A stretch of 60,679 nucleotides of DNA, filler included, from Candidatus Delongbacteria bacterium (GTDB lineage Bacteria; UBA4055), in NCBI GenBank assembly GCA_016937995.1. It is 4 parts of 4 records of this genome, joined end to end, with 100 filler letters (N's around TTAATTAATTAA, not from the genome) between each part and the next. Parts side by side here need not be neighbours in the genome. Positions count along the whole stretch, not along the records: positions 33,463 to 42,138 come from JAFGVM010000042.1; positions 42,239 to 60,679 come from JAFGVM010000044.1; 2 more parts are not named here. One strand, given 5' to 3'. The number at the start of each line of letters is the position of its first letter. The stretch's first letter is position 1. This document shows, piece after piece, positions 36,654-46,804 of this stretch. The position numbers and the translations under genes were made by a program. The notes under the pieces are model-generated. The model searched no databases. It had not been told where the DNA came from and was given only the letters and a program-made list of their open reading frames with translations.

Positions 36654-39260
36654 CTATCGCAGATAATTCATCTTATGGGTCTGAACTTGATTTCCCGCTA
36701 CAACTCTGCAAATATACAATCCTGATGCAATATTATATTTCCCTGCATCGAAACTTATCTTGTTATTCCCTTTCCTTAGCATTCCATCAAATATTGTCCC
36801 GATCTCTCTGCCAGCAGCATTATAGATTTTCACAATGCCATTCTTTTGCTCACTCATAGAAATATTTATAACAGTCTCATTGTTAAATGGATTCGGATAG
36901 TTGCTCAAGGTCATTTCACTTATGATATTACTTTCAGGATTTTCTATACTACTGAAATCATCCAGAGATGTTTTATAAGCCGATCTGCCATAGGTCGCTG
37001 CAAAAACTAAATTATCCTGATAATGGATCTTAATTTTGTAAACAGGGGAGTTCGGAATACCTAAGCCACCTGCTTTCCAGCTACCACCGGCATCATTGGT
37101 ATAATATAGACCAATATCTGTACCTACAAAGATCATATTCGGATCATTCTTATTGATCTCTATCGTATTGATCGGTAAAAGTGGAAGATTTCCGGTAACA
37201 TCAGTCCAGCTAACACCATAATCTTCTGTTTTATAGACATACGCCAGTTCTGAATCCCATCTCAGGCCGGAGTAAGAAACAAATGCTCTTCCCGGATCAT
37301 CCCAGTCAACTACTATTCCTGTTACCCATCTGTTTGGCAGACTGGTAGAAATTTTCGTCCAGTCAGTACCTCCATTCTGAGTAACCCATACATTTGAATG
37401 AGATGTTCCTACATATATGACATTGGCATTGGCCGGAGCAGGTGCAATAGCGTATATATTTCCTACACCATCTGTCAGGTCAGGACTTATCTTGTTCCAT
37501 GTGAACGAATAATCTGCATCCATTGCATCACCTGATTTATACAAATACTGTGAACCGCAAAAGATCGCTCTGGGATTCATTGGGTGGAATATCATTGGTG
37601 TATTCCAGTCAAACCTGTCATCTCCGATAAGGCCATCGGTAATATTCCAAAAGTAATTTCCGTCATCAATACTTTTACACATCCACCCCCATTGTGCTTC
37701 TGCATAAATAACTGAAGGATTCCCCGGATTAATTAAAGCCCTGAAACCATCACCACCCAGAACATGCTCCCAGTCATCCAGATTGCCTGTTCTGGTAAAG
37801 TTCGTACCGTTATCCTGAGCTCCACCGATCATTCGGTTTGAATTATTATCATCAACATCAAAGCCGTAAAATTGAGTGATCGGCAGCTTAATATCTGTAA
37901 AAGTTGCACCATTGTCTGTACTTGTTATCAAACCACCATCATTCCCGTTAATGAAGAAATTCTCTGTAGGACTTATCGCTATTGCATGATGATCGACGTG
38001 TGGACCTGTTCCCGCATAATATTCATCATAACCTCCAAGAAGTTGCCAAGTAGTTCCTCCATCAGAAGTCATATGATATGAAACTCCAAGTAAGAAAGCT
38101 ACATCATCATCCTTTGGATCAACCTCTATTTTTGAGAAATACCATCCGAAATTACTGTAGCTGTTAGACAGGGATGAATCATTTGTTCGTGTCCATGTAG
38201 CTCCTCCGTCAACAGTTTTCCAGACACCTCCGAACTCACTGCCGGTTGAAGCATAATAATTTGCCATAGAAGCATACAGAATATTTGAATTTTGCTGACT
38301 GATAGCTAGACCAATCCTACCTACAAAATCTCCTTCAGGAAAACCGTTCGTAAGTTTTTCCCAGTCTGTACCACTATTAACAGACTTATATATCCCAGAA
38401 GTTACTCCACCTGAAATTCTATCATTCAACGGTCTATTCCTTTCCCACATGGATGCATAAATAATATCTGAGTTATTTGGATCAATCACAAGATCATTTG
38501 CAGCAGTAATGTCAGAGATATAGAGTATTTTATCCCAGGAAGCTCCACCGTCTATGGACTTATAAACTCCTCTTTCTTCATTGGCTGAATATACTTTACC
38601 CGTAGCACAGGCATAAACAATATTTGAATTATTCGGATTGACCCTCACTCTTGATATATAATAACTGCTGTCAAGACCTATATGCTCCCAGGTTACACCA
38701 CCGTCTATGGTTTTGTACATACCGTCACCATAAAAACTAAAACTACTGGCAGATGCTTCTCCGGTACCGACATAAACTATATTTGAATTATTTGGATCGA
38801 TCGCCAGAGCTCCGATAGTTAAAATCGGCTGATCGTCAAAGACAGGAGTCCAGTTTAAACCTTTATCTACAGTTTTATAGACACCACCTGAAGCTGTTGC
38901 TGCCCAGATAATATCTTCATTGTTTGGATCGATCTCAATATCTGAAAATCTTCCACCAACATTCATTGGTCCGGCAAGCTCCCACTGCTTTGGATTCTTT
39001 TCTTTTAAAAGTTCCTGCTTAAGTTGATTTGCCTGCTCAAGTCCTCTCTTGTAAGCCCTGATATCAATATCTTTTTCAGGATATGCTCTCATTTCCCAGT
39101 AATTTGCATTGGGATTAGCTTTTGGACCACCTTGTCTGTGTTTTGCAGTTTTCTTAAAAACTGCCCTATCCGGTATTTTTGATAAATTATTTGTGTAAAA
39201 GATCAGGAGCATTGCAGTTGACAGAAAAATAATGGTTAGGAACAACATTTTCTTTTTCAT
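36654..39260 (-). CDS. BNR/Asp-box (VPS10/sortilin-like) beta-propeller protein with T9SS type-A CTD
   Basis: Many KTxDGGxTW Asp-boxes; GPMNVGGR, HVDHHAI, GNDGG, GGAQDNG, ATYGR; C-terminal NYPNPFN..SGLYI. Confidence 0.88.
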   Translation of the reverse strand: MKKKMLFLTIIFLSTAMLLIFYTNNLSKIPDRAVFKKTAKHRQGGPKANPNANYWEMRAYPEKDIDIRAYKRGLEQANQLKQELLKEKNPKQWELAGPMNVGGRFSDIEIDPNNEDIIWAATASGGVYKTVDKGLNWTPVFDDQPILTIGALAIDPNNSNIVYVGTGEASASSFSFYGDGMYKTIDGGVTWEHIGLDSSYYISRVRVNPNNSNIVYACATGKVYSANEERGVYKSIDGGASWDKILYISDITAANDLVIDPNNSDIIYASMWERNRPLNDRISGGVTSGIYKSVNSGTDWEKLTNGFPEGDFVGRIGLAISQQNSNILYASMANYYASTGSEFGGVWKTVDGGATWTRTNDSSLSNSYSNFGWYFSKIEVDPKDDDVAFLLGVSYHMTSDGGTTWQLLGGYDEYYAGTGPHVDHHAIAISPTENFFINGNDGGLITSTDNGATFTDIKLPITQFYGFDVDDNNSNRMIGGAQDNGTNFTRTGNLDDWEHVLGGDGFRALINPGNPSVIYAEAQWGWMCKSIDDGNYFWNITDGLIGDDRFDWNTPMIFHPMNPRAIFCGSQYLYKSGDAMDADYSFTWNKISPDLTDGVGNIYAIAPAPANANVIYVGTSHSNVWVTQNGGTDWTKISTSLPNRWVTGIVVDWDDPGRAFVSYSGLRWDSELAYVYKTEDYGVSWTDVTGNLPLLPINTIEINKNDPNMIFVGTDIGLYYTNDAGGSWKAGGLGIPNSPVYKIKIHYQDNLVFAATYGRSAYKTSLDDFSSIENPESNIISEMTLSNYPNPFNNETVINISMSEQKNGIVKIYNAAGREIGTIFDGMLRKGNNKISFDAGKYNIASGLYICRVVAGNQVQTHKMNYLR

Positions 39261-39302
39261 GATTATATCTCCTTAAAATATTTTTGTTTATCCTTTTAAG
39301 AG

Positions 39303-39329
39303 AGGGGACGGTAAGAAACCGTCCCCTAC
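39303..39329. repeat. Single GTAG-REP
   Basis: AGGGGACGGT-aagaa-ACCGTCCCCTAC. Confidence 0.8.
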
Positions 39330-39356
39330 GGTTTACATTGGAAATTGCGAAATAGA

Positions 39357-40220
39357 TCAGATCTTGATCAATTTCATACAGCACCATTCACCCATTTCAA
39401 AATACCCGTCCGACTTTAATCCTCCGATTTCCTGGATCCTTTTATACATTTTCTCATTGTCATCTATAAGAATACCTGAAAGAAGAATGATCCCACCGGG
39501 TTTTACGATCTTTTTGAAATTAGGCAGTAATTCTTCAAGAACTTTCCTGTTTATATTTGCCAGAACGACATCATACTCATCTTTAACTGCATAGTCTTTT
39601 TCATTTGTGAATTTTACGATGATCTTATCAAAAACTCCGTTCAATTCAGCATTTTCTCTGCAGTTATCATAACTTTCTTCATCTATATCCACCGCAGTAA
39701 CTATCTCAGCTCCGTTTTTCACCGACCCAATTGATAAAATACCTGACCCGGAACCTGCATCAAAAACTTTCTTCCCTTTGAGTTCAAGCTTACTTATCTG
39801 CTCAAGCATTAATTTCGTAGTTTCATGAGTCCCTGTCCCGAAAGCCATTTTCGGCTCAATAAATATCTTTATCTTATCAGATTCAACAGTCTGCCATGAA
39901 GGAACGACAATGAATTTTCCTGCATCAATAGGCTTATAGCTCTTCTTCCATTCTTCTCTCCAGTCCATTTTAGGTATATTTTCAATTTTTATCTCTGACA
40001 TACCTTCCATGTCCTTGTCTCTGAAAAACACTTTAAGTTTCCCGATCACTGTTTCAGGGTTATTATCTTTTTCAAAGAATAATCTTAAACCTGTTGTATC
40101 TTCAAAGGTCGTCTCGTCAAGGTCTTCTATACCCTGACATCCTATTGAAAATGCAAATTCAGTAATAACATCTTTTAAAATTTCATCTGAAATATTTATA
40201 TCGATTGAATACCATTCCAT
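39357..40220 (-). CDS. prmA: Ribosomal protein L11 methyltransferase
   Basis: DWREEWKK, IEPKMAFGTGTHETT, DAGSGSGILS, LANIN, LSGIL. Confidence 0.93.
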   Translation of the reverse strand: MEWYSIDINISDEILKDVITEFAFSIGCQGIEDLDETTFEDTTGLRLFFEKDNNPETVIGKLKVFFRDKDMEGMSEIKIENIPKMDWREEWKKSYKPIDAGKFIVVPSWQTVESDKIKIFIEPKMAFGTGTHETTKLMLEQISKLELKGKKVFDAGSGSGILSIGSVKNGAEIVTAVDIDEESYDNCRENAELNGVFDKIIVKFTNEKDYAVKDEYDVVLANINRKVLEELLPNFKKIVKPGGIILLSGILIDDNEKMYKRIQEIGGLKSDGYFEMGEWCCMKLIKI

Positions 40221-40237
40221 TTGTGTTTTCCTTATCC

Positions 40238-40333
40238 GTCATCCTGAATTTATTTCAGGATCTTGTTTTAAAAATGGGGGGACGACAAGAAATCGTCCCC
40301 TACAATTTCAACTGTCAATTGTCAATTGTCAAT
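40238..40333. repeat. CGTC palindrome, GTAG-REP and TGTCAAT heptamer run
   Basis: GTCATCCTGAATTTATTTCAGGATCT (40238-40263); GGGGACGA..TCGTCCCCTAC (ending 40303); (TGTCAAT)x3 ending at the Gfo stop codon. Confidence 0.75.
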
Positions 40334-41313
40334 CAATTCAGCTGTTTTTCTATTTCTGAAATAACCATTTCTGCAGTAATTAAAGCTCTGAGACCGTCAA
40401 GTCCCGACACTTTTACAGGTGTACCGTTCGTTACTGAATTTACAAAATCCCTGTTCTCTTCCAGAAGTGCATTTATCTGACCTTCAGGATTTTTGACATA
40501 CATTATCTTCTTACCTTTGGATTCTATGTTTGCAATTGCCATACCCTGTGCTGTAACATCACTTTCATCTGCCAGAGAAAATACATCAGCAGCACCTTTA
40601 TCGAGATCCAAAGATATATACATTTCTTTCTGGAAAATTCTGAATTTTCTCATCTTCTTGATTGATATTCTTGAAGCAGTAAGGTTTGCAACAGCACCGT
40701 TAGCGAACTTTATCCTTACGTTTGCTATGTCAGGTGTTCCTGTCAGTACTGCTACTCCTGCTGCATCAACTTTTTCTACCGGAGCTTTGATAAGGCTTAA
40801 TATCAGGTCAATATCATGTATCATAAGGTCATGGACAACTGAGACATCCGAACCTCTGGGGTTGAAAGATGCCAATCTGTGAGCTTCAATGAACATTGGA
40901 TCCACATTCATATCCTCTATCTGAAAAAAAGCAGGATTATATCTTTCGATATGACCAACCTGGATTATCAAACCTTTTTTATCAGCCAGCTCAACGATCT
41001 CTTCAGCTTGAGGAACTGTGGCAGTAATAGGTTTCTCTATGAAAATACTTTTATTTGCATTCAGACACTGCTTTGCAACTTCATAGTGTGACTGTGTAGC
41101 TGCTGCGATCACAACCGCATCAACTTCTCCGAGAAGTTCATCAATACCTGAAAATTGCTTACAATTAAATTCTTCTGATACTTTTTTTCCCTGTTCAGGA
41201 TTAAGATCATAAACTCCTATCAATTCTGAAATATCTTCCAGCATTGTATGCATCTTTGTATGAAATCTTCCCAGATGACCACAACCAATTACACCGACTT
41301 TCAATCTGCTCAT
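40333..41313 (-). CDS. Gfo/Idh/MocA oxidoreductase (GnnA-like sugar-nucleotide dehydrogenase)
   Basis: VIGCGHLG, IEKP, QVGHIERYNPA, DLMIHDID, ANLTASR. Confidence 0.85.
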   Translation of the reverse strand: MSRLKVGVIGCGHLGRFHTKMHTMLEDISELIGVYDLNPEQGKKVSEEFNCKQFSGIDELLGEVDAVVIAAATQSHYEVAKQCLNANKSIFIEKPITATVPQAEEIVELADKKGLIIQVGHIERYNPAFFQIEDMNVDPMFIEAHRLASFNPRGSDVSVVHDLMIHDIDLILSLIKAPVEKVDAAGVAVLTGTPDIANVRIKFANGAVANLTASRISIKKMRKFRIFQKEMYISLDLDKGAADVFSLADESDVTAQGMAIANIESKGKKIMYVKNPEGQINALLEENRDFVNSVTNGTPVKVSGLDGLRALITAEMVISEIEKQLN

Positions 41314-41403
41314 GTATTTTCCCTATTTAATTTATAGATCTCAAATGAAATCGACTGGATTCTATACCCAGCCGACATTTATAATTAAAATGTTTAAAAG
41401 CAA

Positions 41404-41496
41404 AGAAGTTCAAGGAATTGGTCAAATTTTGAAAGGAAGCTTAGATTGACCTAAGCGATCTTGATAAAATTTGACTAATGACGCAGAAATTTGAAG
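41404..41496 (+). repeat. ~92-nt structured repeat element, copy 2
   Basis: AGAAGTTCAAGGA-ATTGGTCAAATTTT-GA-AAGG-AA-GCTTAG-ATTGAC-CTAAGC-GA-TCTT-GAT-AAAATTTGACTAAT-GACGCAGAAATTTGAAG. Confidence 0.85.
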
Positions 41497-41508
41497 CTTT
41501 TAACATTT

Positions 41509-42138
41509 TTACCAATAAAACTTTTGTCCGATCGCAAGGCTCAATCCCTTCGAACTATCCATGTAAAGATATTTATTCTCAACGGCAAGATCAAATGAAT
41601 AATGACTGAACGCTAAGCTGAATCCAATTGCTGATGAGTATAATGCTTCACCTCCTCCGGTAATTCCCGCTCTGCAAATAAACCAGTCCGCTGATTTATG
41701 GTTCCACTGGATACCTGTAGAGAATTTTGGAGTTGTAGTTGACAATAATTCATTCCTGAAACCCTGAATGTAAGAGTTAGTCCAGAATATTCTCTGTTTT
41801 CCCGGCTGAAATTCCCATGTGAAACCAAGTCTTAGCTCAGGTGGCAAAATTGTAAAGAACTTTCTCGTCTCAGCAACGTTTTTATAAGTATACATTGTAT
41901 CAGCATCAGCTTCAAAATCATCCATATCACTGATCAATATTCCGTCGATCTCATAATCAAACCTGTAAATTCTATTGTTCTTATACCAGCTTATTCCTGC
42001 TAATGCATTTGTAACACTTAGGCCTATGTTCATTCTATTGTTTATCTTTGCTGAAACACCAAGATCGAGACCTAATCCCTGACCACCTTCTGACGTTAAA
42101 AGATCAAATTGACCTTTTAATGTTGTTGCTCCTTCAGA
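41509..42138 (-). CDS. C-terminal part of an outer-membrane beta-barrel protein (DUF5723-like), 5' truncated
   Basis: Frame open to the gap; GQGLGLDLG..NALAGISW; LPPELRLG; amphipathic strands ending in FYW. Confidence 0.65.
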   Translation of the reverse strand, partial: SEGATTLKGQFDLLTSEGGQGLGLDLGVSAKINNRMNIGLSVTNALAGISWYKNNRIYRFDYEIDGILISDMDDFEADADTMYTYKNVAETRKFFTILPPELRLGFTWEFQPGKQRIFWTNSYIQGFRNELLSTTTPKFSTGIQWNHKSADWFICRAGITGGGEALYSSAIGFSLAFSHYSFDLAVENKYLYMDSSKGLSLAIGQKFYW

Positions 42139-42238
42139 NNNNNNNNNNNNNNNNNNNNNNNNNNNNNNNNNNNNNNNNNNNNTTAATTAATTAANNNNNN
42201 NNNNNNNNNNNNNNNNNNNNNNNNNNNNNNNNNNNNNN
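42139..42238. other. Artificial contig-join spacer
   Basis: 100 nt of N with central TTAATTAATTAA. Confidence 0.97.
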
Positions 42239-42246
42239 TAGTTTCA

Positions 42247-42338
42247 AGAAGTTCAAGGAGGTCTGATGATTTAAAACAGGAGCTTAGATTTACTAAGTGA
42301 CTGTGAATAAATCAGTGGTCCGACGCAGAAATTCAAAG
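42247..42338 (+). repeat. ~92-nt structured repeat element, copy 3
   Basis: AGAAGTTCAAGGA-GGTCTGATGATTTA-AA-ACAG-GA-GCTTAG-ATTTA-CTAAGT-GA-CTGT-GAA-TAAATCAGTGGTCC-GACGCAGAAATTCAAAG. Confidence 0.85.
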
Positions 42339-42353
42339 AAAATAAGTAGAAAT

Positions 42354-42734
42354 TTAGTCCTTACGTTCTTTATTGTTCTTACAACCGATACACAAAGTTG
42401 CATGAGGAACTATTTCCAGACGTTTCTTATCGATCAGGTCACCACAACTTCTACAGATACCGTATGCACCGGTTTCGATCCTTCTTAGGGCTTTATCAAG
42501 ATTTGAAATGAACTTACCTTCTCTCTGAGCCATATAAAAATCAAGCTCACGAGCCTGATGTTCAGTACCCATTTCATCTGTATGAGTTTCTCCGGTTTGA
42601 GATACTATGGATTCAGCACCACTCTCAATACTGTGATCGATTATTTCCTTGGTTTCTTCGATCTGATCAATAATGATCTTCTTGAACTTCTCCAGTTCTC
42701 TTTTTGTGTAGCTTTTTTTGATCTTCGTTGCCAT
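42354..42734 (-). CDS. TraR/DksA family C4 zinc-finger regulator
   Basis: Coiled coil then ALRRIETGAYGICRSCG..RLEIVPHATLCIGC; follows ileS. Confidence 0.9.
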   Translation of the reverse strand: MATKIKKSYTKRELEKFKKIIIDQIEETKEIIDHSIESGAESIVSQTGETHTDEMGTEHQARELDFYMAQREGKFISNLDKALRRIETGAYGICRSCGDLIDKKRLEIVPHATLCIGCKNNKERKD

Positions 42735-42767
42735 AATGATACCTTATTATTTTAAGTTCAATAACTT

Positions 42768-45700
42768 TTAAACCTTTTCCACTGTAAAATAGCACTGATG
42801 TCCGTTTATGTCCATTTCAACACCTGAATTGATCACTGAGTCATCTTTCACTATTTCGACTGAAAGAGTTTCATTTGATATGTATTCTGTCTGAGATAAT
42901 ATTGCTTTCGTCAATTCTTCATCTGATGAGAATTTAACCGTTATTCTGTCTGAAATCTCAAATCCGCTGTCTTTTCTCAGATTTTGTAATCTGTTTATTA
43001 TCTCTCTTGCATGACCTTCTGATAATAGCTCAGGAGTTATACGTGTATCAAGAGAAACTGTTATATCCCCTTCTGAAGCTGAGAACACACCTTCTTTCTG
43101 GTTGTGCTGTATAAATAAATCTTCCAGAACTATTTCTTCGTCAAGCAGTTTAACGCTACCGCCCTTTTCTATTACTCTAATGTCCTCTACAGTAAGTTTT
43201 GAGATCAGTGCTGCTATATCCTTAACTTTATTTCCATATTTCTTACCGATAACTCTGAAGTTCGCTTTAGTGGTTATTTCTACGAGCTCATCTTCTTTTT
43301 CTGTTATGAATACTTCTTTTATATTTAGTTCTTCAAGTATCAGGTCTTTCATTTCTTCAACCGCTTTCTTGGTTACATCTCTATTTGCCACGACAGTTAT
43401 TGATTGAAGAGCCTGTCTTATTTTTATATTTTTGTCATTTCGAAGAATTCTTCCGAGTTTTACGACAGTTTGAACAAAAGCCATTTCCTCTTCAAGTTCA
43501 GTATTTATGAAACTCTCGTCAACTTCAGGGAAATCACATAAATGGACCGATTCTTTTGAATTCGGGAAAACAGACAGCTCGAGGTTCTGGTATATTTCTT
43601 CAGCCACGAATGGCATTACTGGTGCTATCAGCTTTGTCAATATTGAAAGTACTTCATAAAGCGTTTCGTATGCATTGTATTTATCTGTATCATTCTCGCT
43701 TTTCCAGAATCTTCTCTTTGATCTCCTTATATACCAGTTCGTTAGGGAATCTATAAAATCGACCATAGCCGGAAGAACGTTGTATAACTTGTAAGCTGAC
43801 ATTTGCTCATTGACTTCTTTAGTTAAACTTTGAAGTGATGACATTATCCATTTATCCAGCTTATTTGTAAGGTCCTCAGCTTTAAAGAATGAATTATTCG
43901 GGGTCCAGTTGTCAATTTTAGCATATGGTATCAGAAAGCTGTAGCTGTTCCATAAAGGAAGCATTACTTTTTTTATAACATCAAGTATTCCTGCTTCACT
44001 AAATCTCAGGTTCTCTGCTCTTACTGCAGGAGAATTTATCAGATACATTCTCATTGCATCAGCACCGTATTTATCCATTACTTCAGTAACCGGTGGATAA
44101 TTCTTCTTGGATTTAGACATTTTACTGCCGTCTTCGGCCAGAACAGTACCATTCACTATTACGTTCATGAAAGCAGGCTTGTTGAATAAAGCTGTGGATA
44201 TTACAAGAAGCTTATTGAACCATCCTCTTGTTTGATCGATACCTTCAGCTATAAAATCACATGGAAAGTTCTCATCGAACCTTTCTTTATCTTCAAATGG
44301 ATAATGATTCTGGGCATATGGCATTGATCCTGATTCGAACCAGCAGTCAAGAACTTCAGGTATCCTGTGCATTGTACCACCGCAGGAACACTTCATTGTC
44401 ATTTCGTCAACAAAATGCTTGTGGATATCTGTTATTTCTGAAAGACCGGTCCTTTTTTTCAGTTCTTCAACCGACCCGATACATTCCCTTTCCTCGCAAT
44501 CATCACATATCCATACCGGTAGTGGTGCTCCCCAGTATCTGCTTCTGGATATATGCCAATCAGGCATTTGCTCCAACAATTTACCGAATCTGCCTTCTTT
44601 TATATTTTCAGGTACCCAGTTTATCTGATCATTGTTTTTCAGCATATCCTTTATAATGGTCTTAACTTCCATGACCCAGCTGTCTGTAGCCTTCTGTAAT
44701 AACGGAGTATCACATCTCCAGCAATGAGGATAGCTGTGCTGGATGGTTTCGTGTTTTATCATTTTTCCGGATGCTTTAAGGTCTTTTATTATGACTTTAT
44801 CCGCATCCTTTATATACATTCCCTCATAATCGGGAACTTCACTGTTGAACTTACCCATATCATCCACAGGATTAAGAACAGGTATATTGAATTTTTTACC
44901 TACCTCAAAATCCTCCATTCCGAAAGCCGGTGCCTGATGAACGATCCCTGTTCCATCTTCTGTTGAAACATAGTCAGCTTCTATCACAGTATGTATAAAT
45001 TCATCCTGCTCTTTGTAATAATCGAAAAGTGGTTCATATCTTAAACCGACAAGATCAGAACCTTTAACCTCTTTAACTATTTCGTATTCTTCTTCAGATT
45101 TATAATACACTGAAAGTCTGTTCTTAGCGAAAACATATACTTTTTCATTATTAACAGGCTTTACAAAACAATAATCAATTTCATTATTCACTGCTAAAGC
45201 AGCATTTGAAGGCAATGTCCACGGAGTCGTGGTCCACGCTGTAAGATAAAGTTGTTCCTCTCCTTTCACCTTGAACACGACCGTAACTGCAGGATCCTGT
45301 ACATCCTTGTAACCCTGAGTTGATTCATGATTTGATAGCGGAGTTGAACATCTTGGGCAGAATGGATTTACCCTGTAGCCTTTTTTTATAAGGTCTTTAT
45401 CCCATATCTGCTTAAATACCCACCAGACAGATTCCATGTATTCTATATCCATGGTCTTATAATCGTTCACAAAATCGACCCATCTGCCTGTTCTGTCAAT
45501 TATCGTTTCCCACTCGTTCACATATTTTAAAACTATGCTTCTACAGGATTCGTTGAATTTATCAACCCCCATATCCTCTATATCTTTCTTGGATTCAAAA
45601 TTAAGCTCTTTTTCAACTTCATACTCCACAGGAAGTCCATGACAATCCCATCCGAATCTACGTGAAACATACTTACCTTTCATTGTCCAGTATCTCGGCA

Positions 45701-45902
45701 TCACATCCTTCAATGTTCCCCCAACAAGATGACCATAATGAGGTAATCCTGTTGCGAACGGAGGGCCATCGTAGAATACGTACTCTTTCTGACCTTTTCT
45801 TTGATCCATTGATTTCTTAAAAGTATTATTTTTCTTCCAGAATTTTAGAGTTTCCTCTTCCATTTTAGGAAAATTTATTTTTGGATCTACATCTTTAAAC
45901 AT
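42768..45902 (-). CDS. ileS: Isoleucine--tRNA ligase (type 2, IleRS2)
   Basis: DGPPFATGLPHYGH, GWDCHGLP, WTTTPWTLP, ISRSRYWG, EGIDQTRGW, KMSKS; type-2 C-terminus. Confidence 0.96.
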   Translation of the reverse strand: MFKDVDPKINFPKMEEETLKFWKKNNTFKKSMDQRKGQKEYVFYDGPPFATGLPHYGHLVGGTLKDVMPRYWTMKGKYVSRRFGWDCHGLPVEYEVEKELNFESKKDIEDMGVDKFNESCRSIVLKYVNEWETIIDRTGRWVDFVNDYKTMDIEYMESVWWVFKQIWDKDLIKKGYRVNPFCPRCSTPLSNHESTQGYKDVQDPAVTVVFKVKGEEQLYLTAWTTTPWTLPSNAALAVNNEIDYCFVKPVNNEKVYVFAKNRLSVYYKSEEEYEIVKEVKGSDLVGLRYEPLFDYYKEQDEFIHTVIEADYVSTEDGTGIVHQAPAFGMEDFEVGKKFNIPVLNPVDDMGKFNSEVPDYEGMYIKDADKVIIKDLKASGKMIKHETIQHSYPHCWRCDTPLLQKATDSWVMEVKTIIKDMLKNNDQINWVPENIKEGRFGKLLEQMPDWHISRSRYWGAPLPVWICDDCEERECIGSVEELKKRTGLSEITDIHKHFVDEMTMKCSCGGTMHRIPEVLDCWFESGSMPYAQNHYPFEDKERFDENFPCDFIAEGIDQTRGWFNKLLVISTALFNKPAFMNVIVNGTVLAEDGSKMSKSKKNYPPVTEVMDKYGADAMRMYLINSPAVRAENLRFSEAGILDVIKKVMLPLWNSYSFLIPYAKIDNWTPNNSFFKAEDLTNKLDKWIMSSLQSLTKEVNEQMSAYKLYNVLPAMVDFIDSLTNWYIRRSKRRFWKSENDTDKYNAYETLYEVLSILTKLIAPVMPFVAEEIYQNLELSVFPNSKESVHLCDFPEVDESFINTELEEEMAFVQTVVKLGRILRNDKNIKIRQALQSITVVANRDVTKKAVEEMKDLILEELNIKEVFITEKEDELVEITTKANFRVIGKKYGNKVKDIAALISKLTVEDIRVIEKGGSVKLLDEEIVLEDLFIQHNQKEGVFSASEGDITVSLDTRITPELLSEGHAREIINRLQNLRKDSGFEISDRITVKFSSDEELTKAILSQTEYISNETLSVEIVKDDSVINSGVEMDINGHQCYFTVEKV

Positions 45903-45920
45903 TTTATATTTACCTTCAAT

Positions 45921-46574
45921 TTATTTTTTCATTTCAGTAAAACCTTTCGGTCTTTCCAGTATTTTTTTATTTATTTTTATTTCTTTAGCTTCCAGTGTTT
46001 CTTTAATGGAAGTGATCATTCCCTGTATCCTGGCTACTTCTTTTATTACCACACCGCCTGTGTTCTTGATCTTTTCAAGCATTTTCTGAATATTCGGAGC
46101 ATTTTTATTCATTTTTTCCTGCTGCTTGAAAAGCAGATCATTCGGAAGCCCGGTATCTTTAGATATGTATAGTTCTAATTCCATCTCCATACCCATAAGT
46201 TTTACTTTACCAAGATACTTTTCAGTATTCCATTTTCCTATTTTTTCTTCTTTCCCCTGAGGGAAAATATTAAATTCCTCGAATTGAGAATCAGCGTACA
46301 TTGCAACACCAGCCAATTCTTCAGCATTCTTTTCCAGATATGTACTATCGACAAGATTGTAGAATGTATACGATGAATCATTTGTAAATTGAACACTTAC
46401 CTCATCTTTCACTATGATTATATCCTCAAGAACATAAGTTTCCTGAACAAGAGTATCGTTAAGATTTGTTGTGTGATTTGGCGATATTATCAGTTGTTTG
46501 AAATAATAGTCTTTTGAAAACAATAATGCTGCTGATAATGCAAACATTAGCAACTGTAGAGTTCTGTTGAACAT
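45921..46574 (-). CDS. Exported hypothetical protein (DUF4412/GLPGLI-like)
   Basis: Signal peptide; G.EEKIGKWNTEKY..LYISKD and C-terminal ERPKGF pattern. Confidence 0.5.
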   Translation of the reverse strand: MFNRTLQLLMFALSAALLFSKDYYFKQLIISPNHTTNLNDTLVQETYVLEDIIIVKDEVSVQFTNDSSYTFYNLVDSTYLEKNAEELAGVAMYADSQFEEFNIFPQGKEEKIGKWNTEKYLGKVKLMGMEMELELYISKDTGLPNDLLFKQQEKMNKNAPNIQKMLEKIKNTGGVVIKEVARIQGMITSIKETLEAKEIKINKKILERPKGFTEMKK

Positions 46575-46678
46575 ACCTATACCTTCTATAGTTTTATTAA
46601 TTCTTTTATTAATGCGAAGAATATAGCGGGTAATTGCTATAATATCAAGTACAAAATTAATTCAGGAAATGCAGTCAA

Positions 46679-46804
46679 CTAGAAATGAAATCTATCTTTT
46701 ATGATCTTTGCAACTTCTTCTGCTGAAAGATCAGTGTTGTCAATTTTGATATAGTTTTCTCTTTTTATCTCACCATCTTTGGATGTCATTCTGTACTTTT
46801 CCAT
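46679..46804 (-). pseudogene. 41-codon fragment resembling the C-terminus of a P-loop (shikimate-kinase-like) protein
   Basis: MEKYRMTSKDGEIKRENYIKIDNTDLSAEEVAKIIKDRFHF*; IDNTDLSAEEVA is a typical NMP-kinase-fold terminal strand-helix. Confidence 0.5.

Noticed and set aside
41404-42338. Copies 2 and 3 of the 92-nt element as direct repeats flanking a cassette
   Set aside because: They lie on different contigs across the 42139-42238 spacer
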